Source: Raphidiopsis brookii D9 (GTDB taxonomy: Bacteria; Cyanobacteriota; Cyanobacteriia; Cyanobacteriales; Nostocaceae). Taken from it: a stretch of DNA of 32,000 bases. How positions within the stretch are numbered: position 1 is the stretch's first letter; the number at the start of each line of letters is the position of its first letter. The notes below the pieces were generated by a model. That model saw only the letters and a list, made by a program, of their open reading frames with translations. It was not told the origin of the DNA and did not search any database. The stretch is taken from positions 1 to 32,000 of the forward strand of contig ACYB01000010.1 in the NCBI GenBank assembly GCA_000175855.1, written 5' to 3'. Positions 1 to 7,946 of this stretch are shown here, in pieces. A program made the position numbers and the translations under genes.

Positions 1-165
1 ATCCCATTTACGATTTTGCTCATCCCATTTATGAGCTTGCTCAGCTTGGAAAGCATCGAATTTACGATTTTGCTCATCCCATTTACGATTTTGCTCATTC
101 CACTTACGAGCTTGCTCAGCTTGGAAAGCATCGAATTTACGATTTTGCTCATCCCATTTGCGAGC
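1..165 (-). repeat. In-frame intragenic tandem repeats (21-nt and 54-nt sub-units forming a 75-nt unit) encoding EQxRKW / EQNRKFDAFQA
   Basis: Repeated strings ccatttacgattttgctcat and agcttgctcagcttggaaagcatcgaatttacg are visible directly. At least two full 75-nt units lie before the window edge. Confidence 0.85.
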
Positions 166-345
166 CTGCTCTTCCCTGTCTCGCTGTAACTCATTCAAAA
201 CTCGGTCAAATTTTTCGTCAAACTCAGTCCGGGGAGTGTAATATTCTGACACCGTCCGCAGGACAAAATCCCGCACACCTGGTTCCTCCGCGATCGCCCG
301 GGGCAATTCTTTTTGAATTAATGCCTTAATTTCAGCCTCTATCAT
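1..345 (-). CDS. N-terminal part of a third paralog of the tandem coiled-coil / PD-(D/E)XK-like gene family; continues past the left edge
   Basis: Reverse-strand ATG at 343-345 with 115 in-frame codons down to position 1. The first 64 aa are identical to the ORFs at 380-1051 and 1089-1835 (MIEAEIKALIQKELPRAIAEEPGVRDFVLRTVSEYYTPRTEFDEKFDRVLNELQRDREEQARKW). They are followed by DEQNRKFDAFQAEQARKW NEQNRKW DEQNRKFDAFQAEQAHKW DEQNRKW D... Confidence 0.8.
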   Translation of the reverse strand, partial: MIEAEIKALIQKELPRAIAEEPGVRDFVLRTVSEYYTPRTEFDEKFDRVLNELQRDREEQARKWDEQNRKFDAFQAEQARKWNEQNRKWDEQNRKFDAFQAEQAHKWDEQNRKWD

Positions 346-379
346 AGGTTTTTGGTATAGATGTTGAAATGCTTCCCTT

Positions 380-1051
380 TTATGGTACCACTACATCTGC
401 ATAACTATATATCTCAATGCCTAGGGATTTAGCTACCGGTACAGCTCGCTCATCCACCATGGGCGAAATCACAATTTTACGGTTAACCACTCTATTTTGA
501 TTTTTAGCGTAGAAGTCTGCCTTACGACCAAAGATGTACATACCAGCTTTGTCAATAGAAGACTTAAGTTCACAGACAATAGTTAGCCCATTTTTGATGA
601 TTATATCCAATTCCACCTGTTCTGGTCGACCAAATACTTCTCCCTCCTGGTCGTAAAGGGTGAGATTGAGCACCTCCACCCCAAAGGACTGGCCTAGAAT
701 GGCTTGGAGTCCATTACGGAAACTAGCTTCAGAATAGAGACCCCAGCGGGAACCAATAGCACCAATGGCACTTTCGTAACGACGGTTAGCTTTCTGGATT
801 TCCTCCAGGGTAGCACTGTTCTGGGCTTCGATTCTGTCCAGACGTTGATTATTTTCCTCCCATTTGCGAGCCTGCTCTTCCCTGTCTCGCTGTAACTCAT
901 TCAAAACTCGGTCAAATTTTTCATCAAACTCAGTCCGGGGAGTGTAATATTCTGACACCGTGCGCAGGACAAAATCCCGCACACCTGGTTCCTCCGCGAT
1001 CGCCCGGGGCAATTCTTTTTGAATTAATGCCTTAATTTCAGCCTCTATCAT
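380..1051 (-). CDS. Uncharacterised protein: conserved N-terminal region, short coiled coil and C-terminal PD-(D/E)XK nuclease-like domain. From memory it resembles the DUF3782-type cyanobacterial/archaeal family. This is the short form with no extra repeat unit.
   Basis: 223-aa ORF from the track. It has a heptad-rich segment (REEQARKWEENNQRLDRIEAQ) and the motif ELD(149)-x11-E(161)LK(163). It is near-identical to the neighbouring copy. Confidence 0.8.
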   Translation of the reverse strand: MIEAEIKALIQKELPRAIAEEPGVRDFVLRTVSEYYTPRTEFDEKFDRVLNELQRDREEQARKWEENNQRLDRIEAQNSATLEEIQKANRRYESAIGAIGSRWGLYSEASFRNGLQAILGQSFGVEVLNLTLYDQEGEVFGRPEQVELDIIIKNGLTIVCELKSSIDKAGMYIFGRKADFYAKNQNRVVNRKIVISPMVDERAVPVAKSLGIEIYSYADVVVP

Positions 1052-1088
1052 AGGTTTTTGGTTTTATAGGTGTTGAAATGCTTCCCTT

Positions 1089-1835
1089 TTATGGTACCAC
1101 TACATCTGCATAACTATATATCTCAATGCCTAGGGATTTAGCTACCGGTACAGCTCGCTCATCCACCATGGGCGAAATCACAATTTTACGGTTAACCACT
1201 CTATTTTGATTTTTAGCGTAGAAGTCTGCCTTACGACCAAAGATGTACATACCAGCTTTGTCAATAGAAGACTTAAGTTCACAGACAATAGTTAGCCCAT
1301 TTTTGATGATTATATCCAATTCCACCTGTTCTGGTCGACCAAATACTTCTCCCTCCTGGTCGTAAAGGGTAAGATTGAGCACCTCCACCCCAAAGGACTG
1401 GCCTAGAATGGCTTGGAGTCCATTACGGAAACTAGCTTCAGAATAGAGACCCCAGCGGGAACCAATAGCACCAATGGCACTTTCGTAACGACGGTTAGCT
1501 TTCTGGATTTCCTCCAGGGTAGCACTGTTCTGGGCTTCGATTCTGTCCAGACGTTGATTATTTTCCTCCCATTTGCGATTTTGCTCAGCTTGGAAAGCAT
1601 CGAATTTGCGATTTTGCTCATCCCACTTACGAGCTTGCTCATCCCATTTGCGAGCCTGCTCTTCCCTGTCTCGCTGTAACTCATTCAAAACTCGGTCAAA
1701 TTTTTCGTCAAACTCAGTCCGGGGAGTGTAATATTCTGACACCGTGCGCAGGACAAAATCCCGCACACCTGGTTCCTCCGCGATCGCCCGGGGCAATTCT
1801 TTTTGGATTAATGCTTTAATTTCAGCCTCTATCAT
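1089..1835 (-). CDS. Paralog of 380-1051 with one extra 25-aa coiled-coil unit (uncharacterised coiled-coil / PD-(D/E)XK-like protein)
   Basis: 248-aa ORF. It is identical in protein sequence to the 223-aa copy except for the insertion DEQARKWDEQNRKFDAFQAEQNRKW after REEQARKW. Only 4 nucleotide differences occur in the alignable 650 nt, all synonymous. Confidence 0.85.
   Translation of the reverse strand: MIEAEIKALIQKELPRAIAEEPGVRDFVLRTVSEYYTPRTEFDEKFDRVLNELQRDREEQARKWDEQARKWDEQNRKFDAFQAEQNRKWEENNQRLDRIEAQNSATLEEIQKANRRYESAIGAIGSRWGLYSEASFRNGLQAILGQSFGVEVLNLTLYDQEGEVFGRPEQVELDIIIKNGLTIVCELKSSIDKAGMYIFGRKADFYAKNQNRVVNRKIVISPMVDERAVPVAKSLGIEIYSYADVVVP
1569..1646 (-). repeat. Single 75-nt in-frame repeat unit, present in copy 1089-1835 and absent from copy 380-1051
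   Basis: The Trp codons (cca) at 1569-1571 and 1644-1646 are 75 nt apart. In the short copy the flanks are directly joined (tcctcccatttgcgagcctgctc, about 846-868). Confidence 0.85.
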
Positions 1836-2203
1836 AGGTTTTTGGTTTTATAGGTGTTGAAATGCTTCCCTTTTATGGTACCACTACATCTGCATAACTA
1901 TATATCTCAATTGAGGTGATGAGTATATTGGTAAAGCAGATAGTGATTAAATAAGGGGAGGGGAGTAGGAGAAATGAGAACCTCAACACAAAAAACTTCA
2001 CAAAAATTGATAAAGCGAAACAAAACTAAATCTAAAGAAATAATTAAGGAATTTTAGATCAGGAAAAAAATCGGGGAAAATAATTATTAATAATATGGAG
2101 CAAAAAAATAAAGCTCTAAATAATCATAAGTAAATATAAAACCGTGCAACGTCTGCCTTCACCATAGAGGGAAAGACGTTGTGCAACTTTTCAGTGATCA
2201 CAG

Positions 2204-3313
2204 ATGACGGAGACAATAGTAGTTAAAATAGGCACTTCTAGCCTCACTCAAGCGGAAACTGGCAAATTAGCCCTTTCCACCATTGCTACCCTCACAGAAA
2301 CCCTCTGTCGTTTAAGACAGCAAGGACACAGAATGATTTTAGTTTCTTCGGGTGCTGTGGGTGTAGGTTGTGCCCGACTCGGACTAACAGAAAGACCTAA
2401 AGCCATGGCCCTAAAACAAGCTGTAGCTGCGGTAGGGCAGGGTCGTCTTATGGGTATTTATGATGACTTATTTACCACTCTAGAACAACCTATAGCCCAA
2501 GTATTATTAACCAGAGCGGATTTAGTAGAGCGTAGCCGATATTTAAATGCCTATAATACATTTCAAGAGTTATTAGGACTAGGAGTAATTCCCATAGTCA
2601 ATGAAAATGATACAGTAGCAATAGAGGAATTAAAATTTGGCGATAACGACACTCTTTCAGCTTTAGTTGCCAGTTTGGTAGAAGCAAATTGGTTATTTTT
2701 GCTGACAGATGTTGACCGGTTATATTCAGCTGATCCAAGGAAGGTACGCAATGCTCAACCGATTAGCCTAATTAGTAACATCAGAGAACTGGAGGATCTG
2801 AAGATTCAAGCAGGGGGACAGGGTTCACCATGGGGCACAGGGGGGATGATGACAAAAATATCTGCTGCTCGGATTGCTATGGTGGGGGGGGTGCGCACAG
2901 TAATTACCCAAGGACGTTTTCCCCATGACATAGAAAAAATCATTGCGGGAGAGCAAATAGGAACTCACTTTGCACCCCAACCAGAACCAACTTCCGCTAG
3001 AAAAAGGTGGATAGCTTATGGTTTAGTTCCAGTGGGAAGGTTATACTTGGATGAGGGAGCAGTTATAGCTATTTCTCGCGGTGGAAAATCCTTATTACCA
3101 GCAGGAATTAAAATGGTAGAGGGAGAATTTGACAGTCAAGACGCGGTGCAATTATGTGATCTTCAAGGTAATGAGATTGCCAGGGGATTGGTTAACTATA
3201 ACAGTCAAGAGTTGGCAAAAATTCGCGGTTGTCATTCCCGGGATATTGAAGATATTTTAGGTTATGGAGGTATAGAAACTGTTGTTCATAGGGATAACCT
3301 GGTTTTGATTTGA
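2204..3313 (+). CDS. proB: Glutamate 5-kinase (with C-terminal PUA domain)
   Basis: 369-aa ORF with [24 protein letters not shown] and FGDNDTLSA motifs, plus a C-terminal PUA-like LPAGI...GDxV...ARGLVNY. Confidence 0.9.
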   Translation: MTETIVVKIGTSSLTQAETGKLALSTIATLTETLCRLRQQGHRMILVSSGAVGVGCARLGLTERPKAMALKQAVAAVGQGRLMGIYDDLFTTLEQPIAQVLLTRADLVERSRYLNAYNTFQELLGLGVIPIVNENDTVAIEELKFGDNDTLSALVASLVEANWLFLLTDVDRLYSADPRKVRNAQPISLISNIRELEDLKIQAGGQGSPWGTGGMMTKISAARIAMVGGVRTVITQGRFPHDIEKIIAGEQIGTHFAPQPEPTSARKRWIAYGLVPVGRLYLDEGAVIAISRGGKSLLPAGIKMVEGEFDSQDAVQLCDLQGNEIARGLVNYNSQELAKIRGCHSRDIEDILGYGGIETVVHRDNLVLI

Positions 3314-3319
3314 CAAGAG

Positions 3320-4165
3320 TCACCTTGGTCGAATTAGGTGTGGTGCGGCAAATATGGAATAAGGAGTAAGTTGTATATTGAGGTTATATGCACCTGACCA
3401 CAATTTCACCAGGTTGTCTGTGAGTTCTTCTATTTGAGAAAGATTGCTTGTTTCCGGTTTTAGTGATAATAAAATTTTCCAGTTGAGTGGAATTCCGTGT
3501 ACGCTGTTATATGCTCCCGACATTACCCCTGTGAGCACACTACAATAGCAGTTGGAAATTTGAGCTTGTTTATTACTCCGCAAAAGGCTTAATTTAAAAT
3601 CTTCCACACTACTCAAAAAGCAATAAAGGGAAAGAGCCATATTATGGCTGATATTTTCCTGTAAATTGAACTCCGCGCCTATTCGTACCATTCCTGCTTG
3701 TCGCTTTAACAAGTTATTTAATTTTAACAAGCTTTCCGGAAGAGGGGAGGTTGTCTTTCCTAAAAAATCAATTGTTTCGGGAATCAGGGTCACAGTGTTT
3801 AATGTTTCTGTTAGACATTTAATTAGGACATATCCCCAAGCTAAAGCGTTATCTCTTTCTTCCGGGTCTGCATTGCCAAATTTGAGGAATTGCTGTAAAT
3901 TCTCTTTGAATCTGTCTAGATCTTCATGGTAAAAAATGGCTAGCGGTAGTGCAGCTATGACAATCATTACTGCTGTGCTTGTGAACCTGTTGTTTTGGTA
4001 GTTATTTGACCATTCCTCTACATCTAATCTACCCCGGTTAATCAAGCTCTGACTACTCATAATCCCTATTTCCCCCAAACCAACCGACTCCTGAGTAGTT
4101 AAAGTTTCACCTAGCAGCATCCCCAAAAAAATACCCCTAACTCGATCCCTTAGAGAATAACGCAT
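3320..4165 (-). CDS. ADP-ribosylglycohydrolase-like protein; divergent, with catalytic acidic motifs apparently degenerate
   Basis: 281-aa ORF. The N-terminal DRVRGIFLGMLLGETL resembles the ARH DRxxGxxxGxAxGDALG motif. The C-terminal TGVMSGAYNSVHGIPLNW resembles GxxxGAxxGxxxIPxxW. The expected D-x-D-T metal-ligand stretch reads ISNCYCS. Confidence 0.45.
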   Translation of the reverse strand: MRYSLRDRVRGIFLGMLLGETLTTQESVGLGEIGIMSSQSLINRGRLDVEEWSNNYQNNRFTSTAVMIVIAALPLAIFYHEDLDRFKENLQQFLKFGNADPEERDNALAWGYVLIKCLTETLNTVTLIPETIDFLGKTTSPLPESLLKLNNLLKRQAGMVRIGAEFNLQENISHNMALSLYCFLSSVEDFKLSLLRSNKQAQISNCYCSVLTGVMSGAYNSVHGIPLNWKILLSLKPETSNLSQIEELTDNLVKLWSGAYNLNIQLTPYSIFAAPHLIRPR

Positions 4166-4174
4166 GATATGATA

Positions 4175-4648
4175 TTAAATCTCATTCTTCCTCAGATAAT
4201 GCACCAGTGCTTGTAGACCTAGTACATAACTGTGAACCCCAAATCCGCTAATTTGCCCAATTACCACTGGAGCTATGTAGGAATGATGACGAAAATCCTC
4301 TCGACGATAAATATTACTTAAATGAACCTCCACCGCAGGTAAATTAACACCGGCCATCGCATCTCTAATAGCTACACTAGTATGGGTGTAGGCACCCGCA
4401 TTGATTACTATACCTTGGTGCTGTTTTGTGGCAGCATGGATATTATCTATTAGCACCCCTTCGTGATTAGACTGAAAGGTAGTAACTTTCACACCTAATC
4501 TTACAGCTTCTGCTACTAAGAGGGAGTTTATTTCTTCTAGGCTCTGAGAACCGTAAACACCCGGTTCTCGCTGTCCTAGGAGATTAAGATTGGGTCCATG
4601 CAGCACTAAAACACTGGCATAAAAGTTAGAGCCATGTATTCCGGTCAT
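4175..4648 (-). CDS. aroQ: Type II 3-dehydroquinate dehydratase
   Basis: 157-aa ORF with LVLHGPNLNLLGQREPGVYG, INAGAYTHTS and EVHLSNI motifs. Confidence 0.9.
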   Translation of the reverse strand: MTGIHGSNFYASVLVLHGPNLNLLGQREPGVYGSQSLEEINSLLVAEAVRLGVKVTTFQSNHEGVLIDNIHAATKQHQGIVINAGAYTHTSVAIRDAMAGVNLPAVEVHLSNIYRREDFRHHSYIAPVVIGQISGFGVHSYVLGLQALVHYLRKNEI

Positions 4649-4785
4649 TAACGACCTCGTGGGCGTTCGTGCACTGGAATAGGGATGAGTTCCGCCTCGG
4701 GTTCCACTTCCGGACCTAGTAGTGCTTCTACTAACTTCCGGGCTAATTCTCTAAGCTTTTCCAGTACCTTTTCTATATAGTCCAT
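4648..4785 (-). CDS. Candidate 45-aa small protein translationally coupled to aroQ (below the ORF-track cut-off)
   Basis: Reverse-strand ATG at 4783-4785, preceded by AGGAG 11 nt upstream. Translation is MDYIEKVLEKLRELARKLVEALLGPEVEPEAELIPIPVHERPRGR. Its TAA overlaps the aroQ ATG as TAATG (4646-4650). Confidence 0.5.
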   Translation of the reverse strand: MDYIEKVLEKLRELARKLVEALLGPEVEPEAELIPIPVHERPRGR

Positions 4786-4905
4786 TTAACTGAACACTCC
4801 TGAGATACTTCTCAATCCACGTTTGTGATTTATGACAACAATTGGGGAATGGAAACCTCCCTTAACATACTATGTTTTTACCTTAGTTGTCAAGATCTCA
4901 CCTAT

Positions 4906-7533
4906 CTAACCCCTCTTTTGGCTTTTACTGGTGGATTTTGTGGTGGTTGACTTGGTTTTGGCAGTAGTTTTACTCTTAGACTTACTAGAGGTTTTGACTT
5001 TTAACAATTCTAGAGCTTGGTTGAGAGTAATACTTTCTACTGTTTGACCTTCCGGTAGACCGACGTTTATCTTACCATGATTAATATAATAACCATATTC
5101 ACCGTTATAAATATTTACAGGTGCGTCATCTTCTGGATGTAAACCTAATTCTCGTAGAGCAGTCTTGGATTTACTATTTCTGGAACTCCTGGCTTTTTTG
5201 GGTTCTGCTAATAATTCCAATGCGCGTTCTAAAGAAATTGTCAACACATCATCACCCACTTTTAGTGAGCGGTAATCTTTACCCTCTTTCCCCTGATCAT
5301 GAACTATATAAGGTCCAAACTTGCCTAAACTGGCTTGAATTTTTGCTCCCGTTTCTGGATGCTCTCCTAAGTGTCGAGGCAATGACAATAAACCTACAGC
5401 CATATCCAAAGTGAGATTTTCTTGGGTAACACCTTTAGGAAGGGAAACTTGTTTTGGTTTGGGGGTGTCGTCGGTTTTATCTCCTAATTGGATATAAGGT
5501 CCATAGGCACCAATTTTCAGATAAATGGGTTCACCCGTATCTGGGTGGGTTCCCAACTGGTCTGGTCCCACGGTTTTTTGTCGCAGTAGCATATCCACCT
5601 GCTCAGGGTCTAAATCTGCTGGTGTAATGTCTTTAGGAATAGAAGCTGTTACTATCCCTCCTTCATTTTCTACTTCAATAAATGGACCAAACTTACCAAT
5701 GCGAACCTTGGCGTTAAGATTTTCTAACTCTACGGTTTTGGCTTTGCTAGGGTCAATTTGATCTTCTTGTTCTTGCACTAGGGCCTGTAAACCTTTCTCC
5801 CCTAAATAGAATTTCTGCAGATAGGGTAGCCATTCAGCCTCACCAGTGGCAATTTCATCCAGAGTTTGCTCCATTTTCGAGGTAAAACTGGGATCTACAA
5901 TCTCTGGGAAATGTTGTTCTAATAAACTGGTAACAGCAAAGGCAGTAAAAGTAGGAATTAGCGCATTACTTACCAGTTGAGCATAACCTTTATCAACAAT
6001 AGTGCCAATAATACTGGCGTAGGTGCTGGGACGACCAATACCTTCACTTTCTAGAGTTTTGACTAAAGTTGCTTCTGTATATCTAGCTGGAGGTTGGGTT
6101 TCATGTCCCACTGCTTCTAATTCTATACATTGGGGATGATCACCTACTTTTAAGGGAGGTAATATCACTTCTTGATCTTCCAGTGCAGCTTCCGGGTCAT
6201 CAGATCCTTCTACATAAGCACGAAGATAGCCAGGAAAGTCTATACGCTTACCAGAAGAGCGAAATCCGGCTTCTTCTACTCTTAAGTGAACGGCAATCTG
6301 GGTTTGGCGAGAGTCAGCCATCTGGGAAGCAATAGTACGCTTCCAAATTAAATCGTAAACCGCAAATTCCCGCCCACTTAAACCGGTTTCTTGGGGAGTG
6401 CGAAATGTGCTACCAGCAGGGCGAATTGCTTCATGAGCTTCTTGAGCGCCTTTAGACTTGGTAGTGTATTGTCTAGGCTGAGGACTGAGATATTCCTGGC
6501 CATACTTTTGGGTTACACAATCTCGAGCTGCGGCGATCGCCTGTTCTGAGAGGTGTACAGAATCGGTTCGCATGTAGGTAATATATCCTTGCTCATAGAG
6601 ATTTTGGGCGATCCGCATTGTATCCCTAGCAGATAAACGTAGTTTTCGGTTAGACTCCTGCTGCAGAGTGGAGGTAGTAAATGGGGGAGCGGGTTTTCGG
6701 ATCACGGGACGTTCTTCTATATCCGTCACGGTCCAAGTTTTACCTTCCAAACGTTCCTGGAGTGCTAAAGCCTGGTTCTCATTTAATAGGACCACATTAC
6801 GTCCTACAGCGATTTGTCCTGTAGCAGGATCAAAATCACTGCCCGTGGCTACTTTTGTTCCTTCCAAGGTGATTAACAGCGAGGTGAAAGGACTTTTTGC
6901 CTGTAACAGAGTAGCTTTTAAATCCCAATAGGTACCTTCACGAAAAGCTCGGCGCTGACGTTCCTTATTTACTAGTAGGCGTACTGCTACGGATTGAACT
7001 CTACCCGCAGAAAGTCCCCAGGAAATTTTCTTCCACAGGAGAGGAGAGAGAGTATATCCCACCAGACGGTCTAAGATACGTCTAGTTTCCTGAGCGCGGA
7101 CTAATTGATCATCAATAGTTCTGCAGTTAGCCAAAGCCTTTTTGATTGCTTCCTGAGTAATTTCATGGAACACCATGCGCTTGGTAGGCACTTTAGGTTT
7201 AAGTAACTGATATAAATGCCAGCTTATACTTTCACCTTCGCGGTCTTCGTCAGTTGCTAAAATCAACTCATTTGCAGTTTTTAAAGCTTCTTTTAGTTGA
7301 CTGACAACTTTCTTTTTATCTTTAAGAACAACATATACTGGTTCAAAATCTGCTTCTATATTTACCCCAAACCGAGCCCATTTTTCCCCCTTAACATTAG
7401 GAGGGATTTCACTAGCAGACTGGGGTAAGTCACGGACGTGACCCATAGAAGCTTCTACCTGGTAGTCTTTTGGCAGGTAGTTGCGAATGGTACGGGCTTT
7501 GGTTGGAGATTCAACAATAACAAGGGTTGACAT
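4906..7533 (-). CDS. topA: DNA topoisomerase I (type IA)
   Basis: 875-aa ORF with an N-terminal Toprim domain ([19 protein letters not shown]) and the active-site region YITYMRTDS. Four C-terminal G(K/A/E)(F/Y)G(P/Y)(F/Y)I repeats and a Lys/Ser/Thr-rich tail. Confidence 0.95.
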   Translation of the reverse strand: MSTLVIVESPTKARTIRNYLPKDYQVEASMGHVRDLPQSASEIPPNVKGEKWARFGVNIEADFEPVYVVLKDKKKVVSQLKEALKTANELILATDEDREGESISWHLYQLLKPKVPTKRMVFHEITQEAIKKALANCRTIDDQLVRAQETRRILDRLVGYTLSPLLWKKISWGLSAGRVQSVAVRLLVNKERQRRAFREGTYWDLKATLLQAKSPFTSLLITLEGTKVATGSDFDPATGQIAVGRNVVLLNENQALALQERLEGKTWTVTDIEERPVIRKPAPPFTTSTLQQESNRKLRLSARDTMRIAQNLYEQGYITYMRTDSVHLSEQAIAAARDCVTQKYGQEYLSPQPRQYTTKSKGAQEAHEAIRPAGSTFRTPQETGLSGREFAVYDLIWKRTIASQMADSRQTQIAVHLRVEEAGFRSSGKRIDFPGYLRAYVEGSDDPEAALEDQEVILPPLKVGDHPQCIELEAVGHETQPPARYTEATLVKTLESEGIGRPSTYASIIGTIVDKGYAQLVSNALIPTFTAFAVTSLLEQHFPEIVDPSFTSKMEQTLDEIATGEAEWLPYLQKFYLGEKGLQALVQEQEDQIDPSKAKTVELENLNAKVRIGKFGPFIEVENEGGIVTASIPKDITPADLDPEQVDMLLRQKTVGPDQLGTHPDTGEPIYLKIGAYGPYIQLGDKTDDTPKPKQVSLPKGVTQENLTLDMAVGLLSLPRHLGEHPETGAKIQASLGKFGPYIVHDQGKEGKDYRSLKVGDDVLTISLERALELLAEPKKARSSRNSKSKTALRELGLHPEDDAPVNIYNGEYGYYINHGKINVGLPEGQTVESITLNQALELLKVKTSSKSKSKTTAKTKSTTTKSTSKSQKRG

Positions 7534-7946
7534 GGAAATTTACAAAAAAAAGAATAGCTTTGAAGCTAAACAGTCAAGTTGAGATAATTTTGGCAGAATC
7601 TCAAGGTTAAATATCACGTTTGGGCAGTGATTTTATTTTGCCACAAACTATAGGAAACGGGTAAAGATCCCATAAATTCCATAAATATGAGTATAAACGG
7701 CAAGGCCAATCTGGAATGCCATCTAAATCCATATTCATCTTTAACTTATGTTTAACTTATGGAGGTTGTGCTTGGCGAATAAAGTTGGGAAATTCCGACT
7801 CCAGTTTGATTTTGCCTTTTACCTGGGTTCATGACCTTGTCCATAATTCTATAATTTCTAGTTACCGGAGTTAAAAACATAGAGATTAATTATATAGAAT
7901 TAGAGTAGTTGTCCTTAATCTCTAATCACCAAAACCTATACATATC

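Larger units (their letters stand above)
1..1911 (-). repeat. Head-to-tail tandem gene array with a unit of about 709-784 bp: three or more gene copies plus a terminal partial unit
   Basis: 380-850 matches 1089-1559 with a single mismatch (g662 vs a1371). The 34-37 nt spacers at 346-379, 1052-1088 and 1836-1872 are near-identical. 1873-1911 repeats the last 39 nt of the gene. Confidence 0.9.

Noticed and set aside
1-165. Short direct repeats of 21-33 nt that could superficially suggest a CRISPR array
   Set aside because: The repeats are contiguous with no unique spacers. They are in frame and translate to a heptad-type coiled-coil motif continuous with the flanking gene. No cas genes are present.
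694-900. Antisense and alternative-frame ORFs inside the tandem genes (694-900 -, 704-895 +, 1403-1684 -, 1413-1679 +)
   Set aside because: They lie wholly within the well-supported 223/248-aa frames. Their translations are low-complexity, and they exist mainly because the repeat region lacks stops in several frames.
1974-2057. 27-aa Lys-rich ORF (MRTSTQKTSQKLIKRNKTKSKEIIKEF) behind a purine-rich GGGGAGGGGAGTAGGAG stretch
   Set aside because: The region is simply very A-rich, which inflates Lys/Asn/Thr codons. The best SD-like element is only 2 nt from the ATG. There is no independent support, and it could only be rescued by conservation data.
4690-4715. AGGTCCGGAAG on the minus strand, reminiscent of the SRP (4.5S) RNA domain IV core
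   Set aside because: The rest of the conserved SRP motif (GGAAGCAGC and the pairing partner strand) is absent, and the segment sits inside a coherent small ORF.
5121-6931. Plus-strand ORFs of 78-97 aa antisense to topA (5121-5414, 5525-5761, 6668-6931)
   Set aside because: They are fully embedded in a high-confidence 875-aa gene on the other strand, and their translations show no motifs.
7881-7923. 9-bp inverted repeat agagattaa / ttaatctct in the ndhB leader
   Set aside because: It is AT-rich with a 25-nt loop, so stability is low and such matches arise easily by chance. There is no T-tract or other signal.
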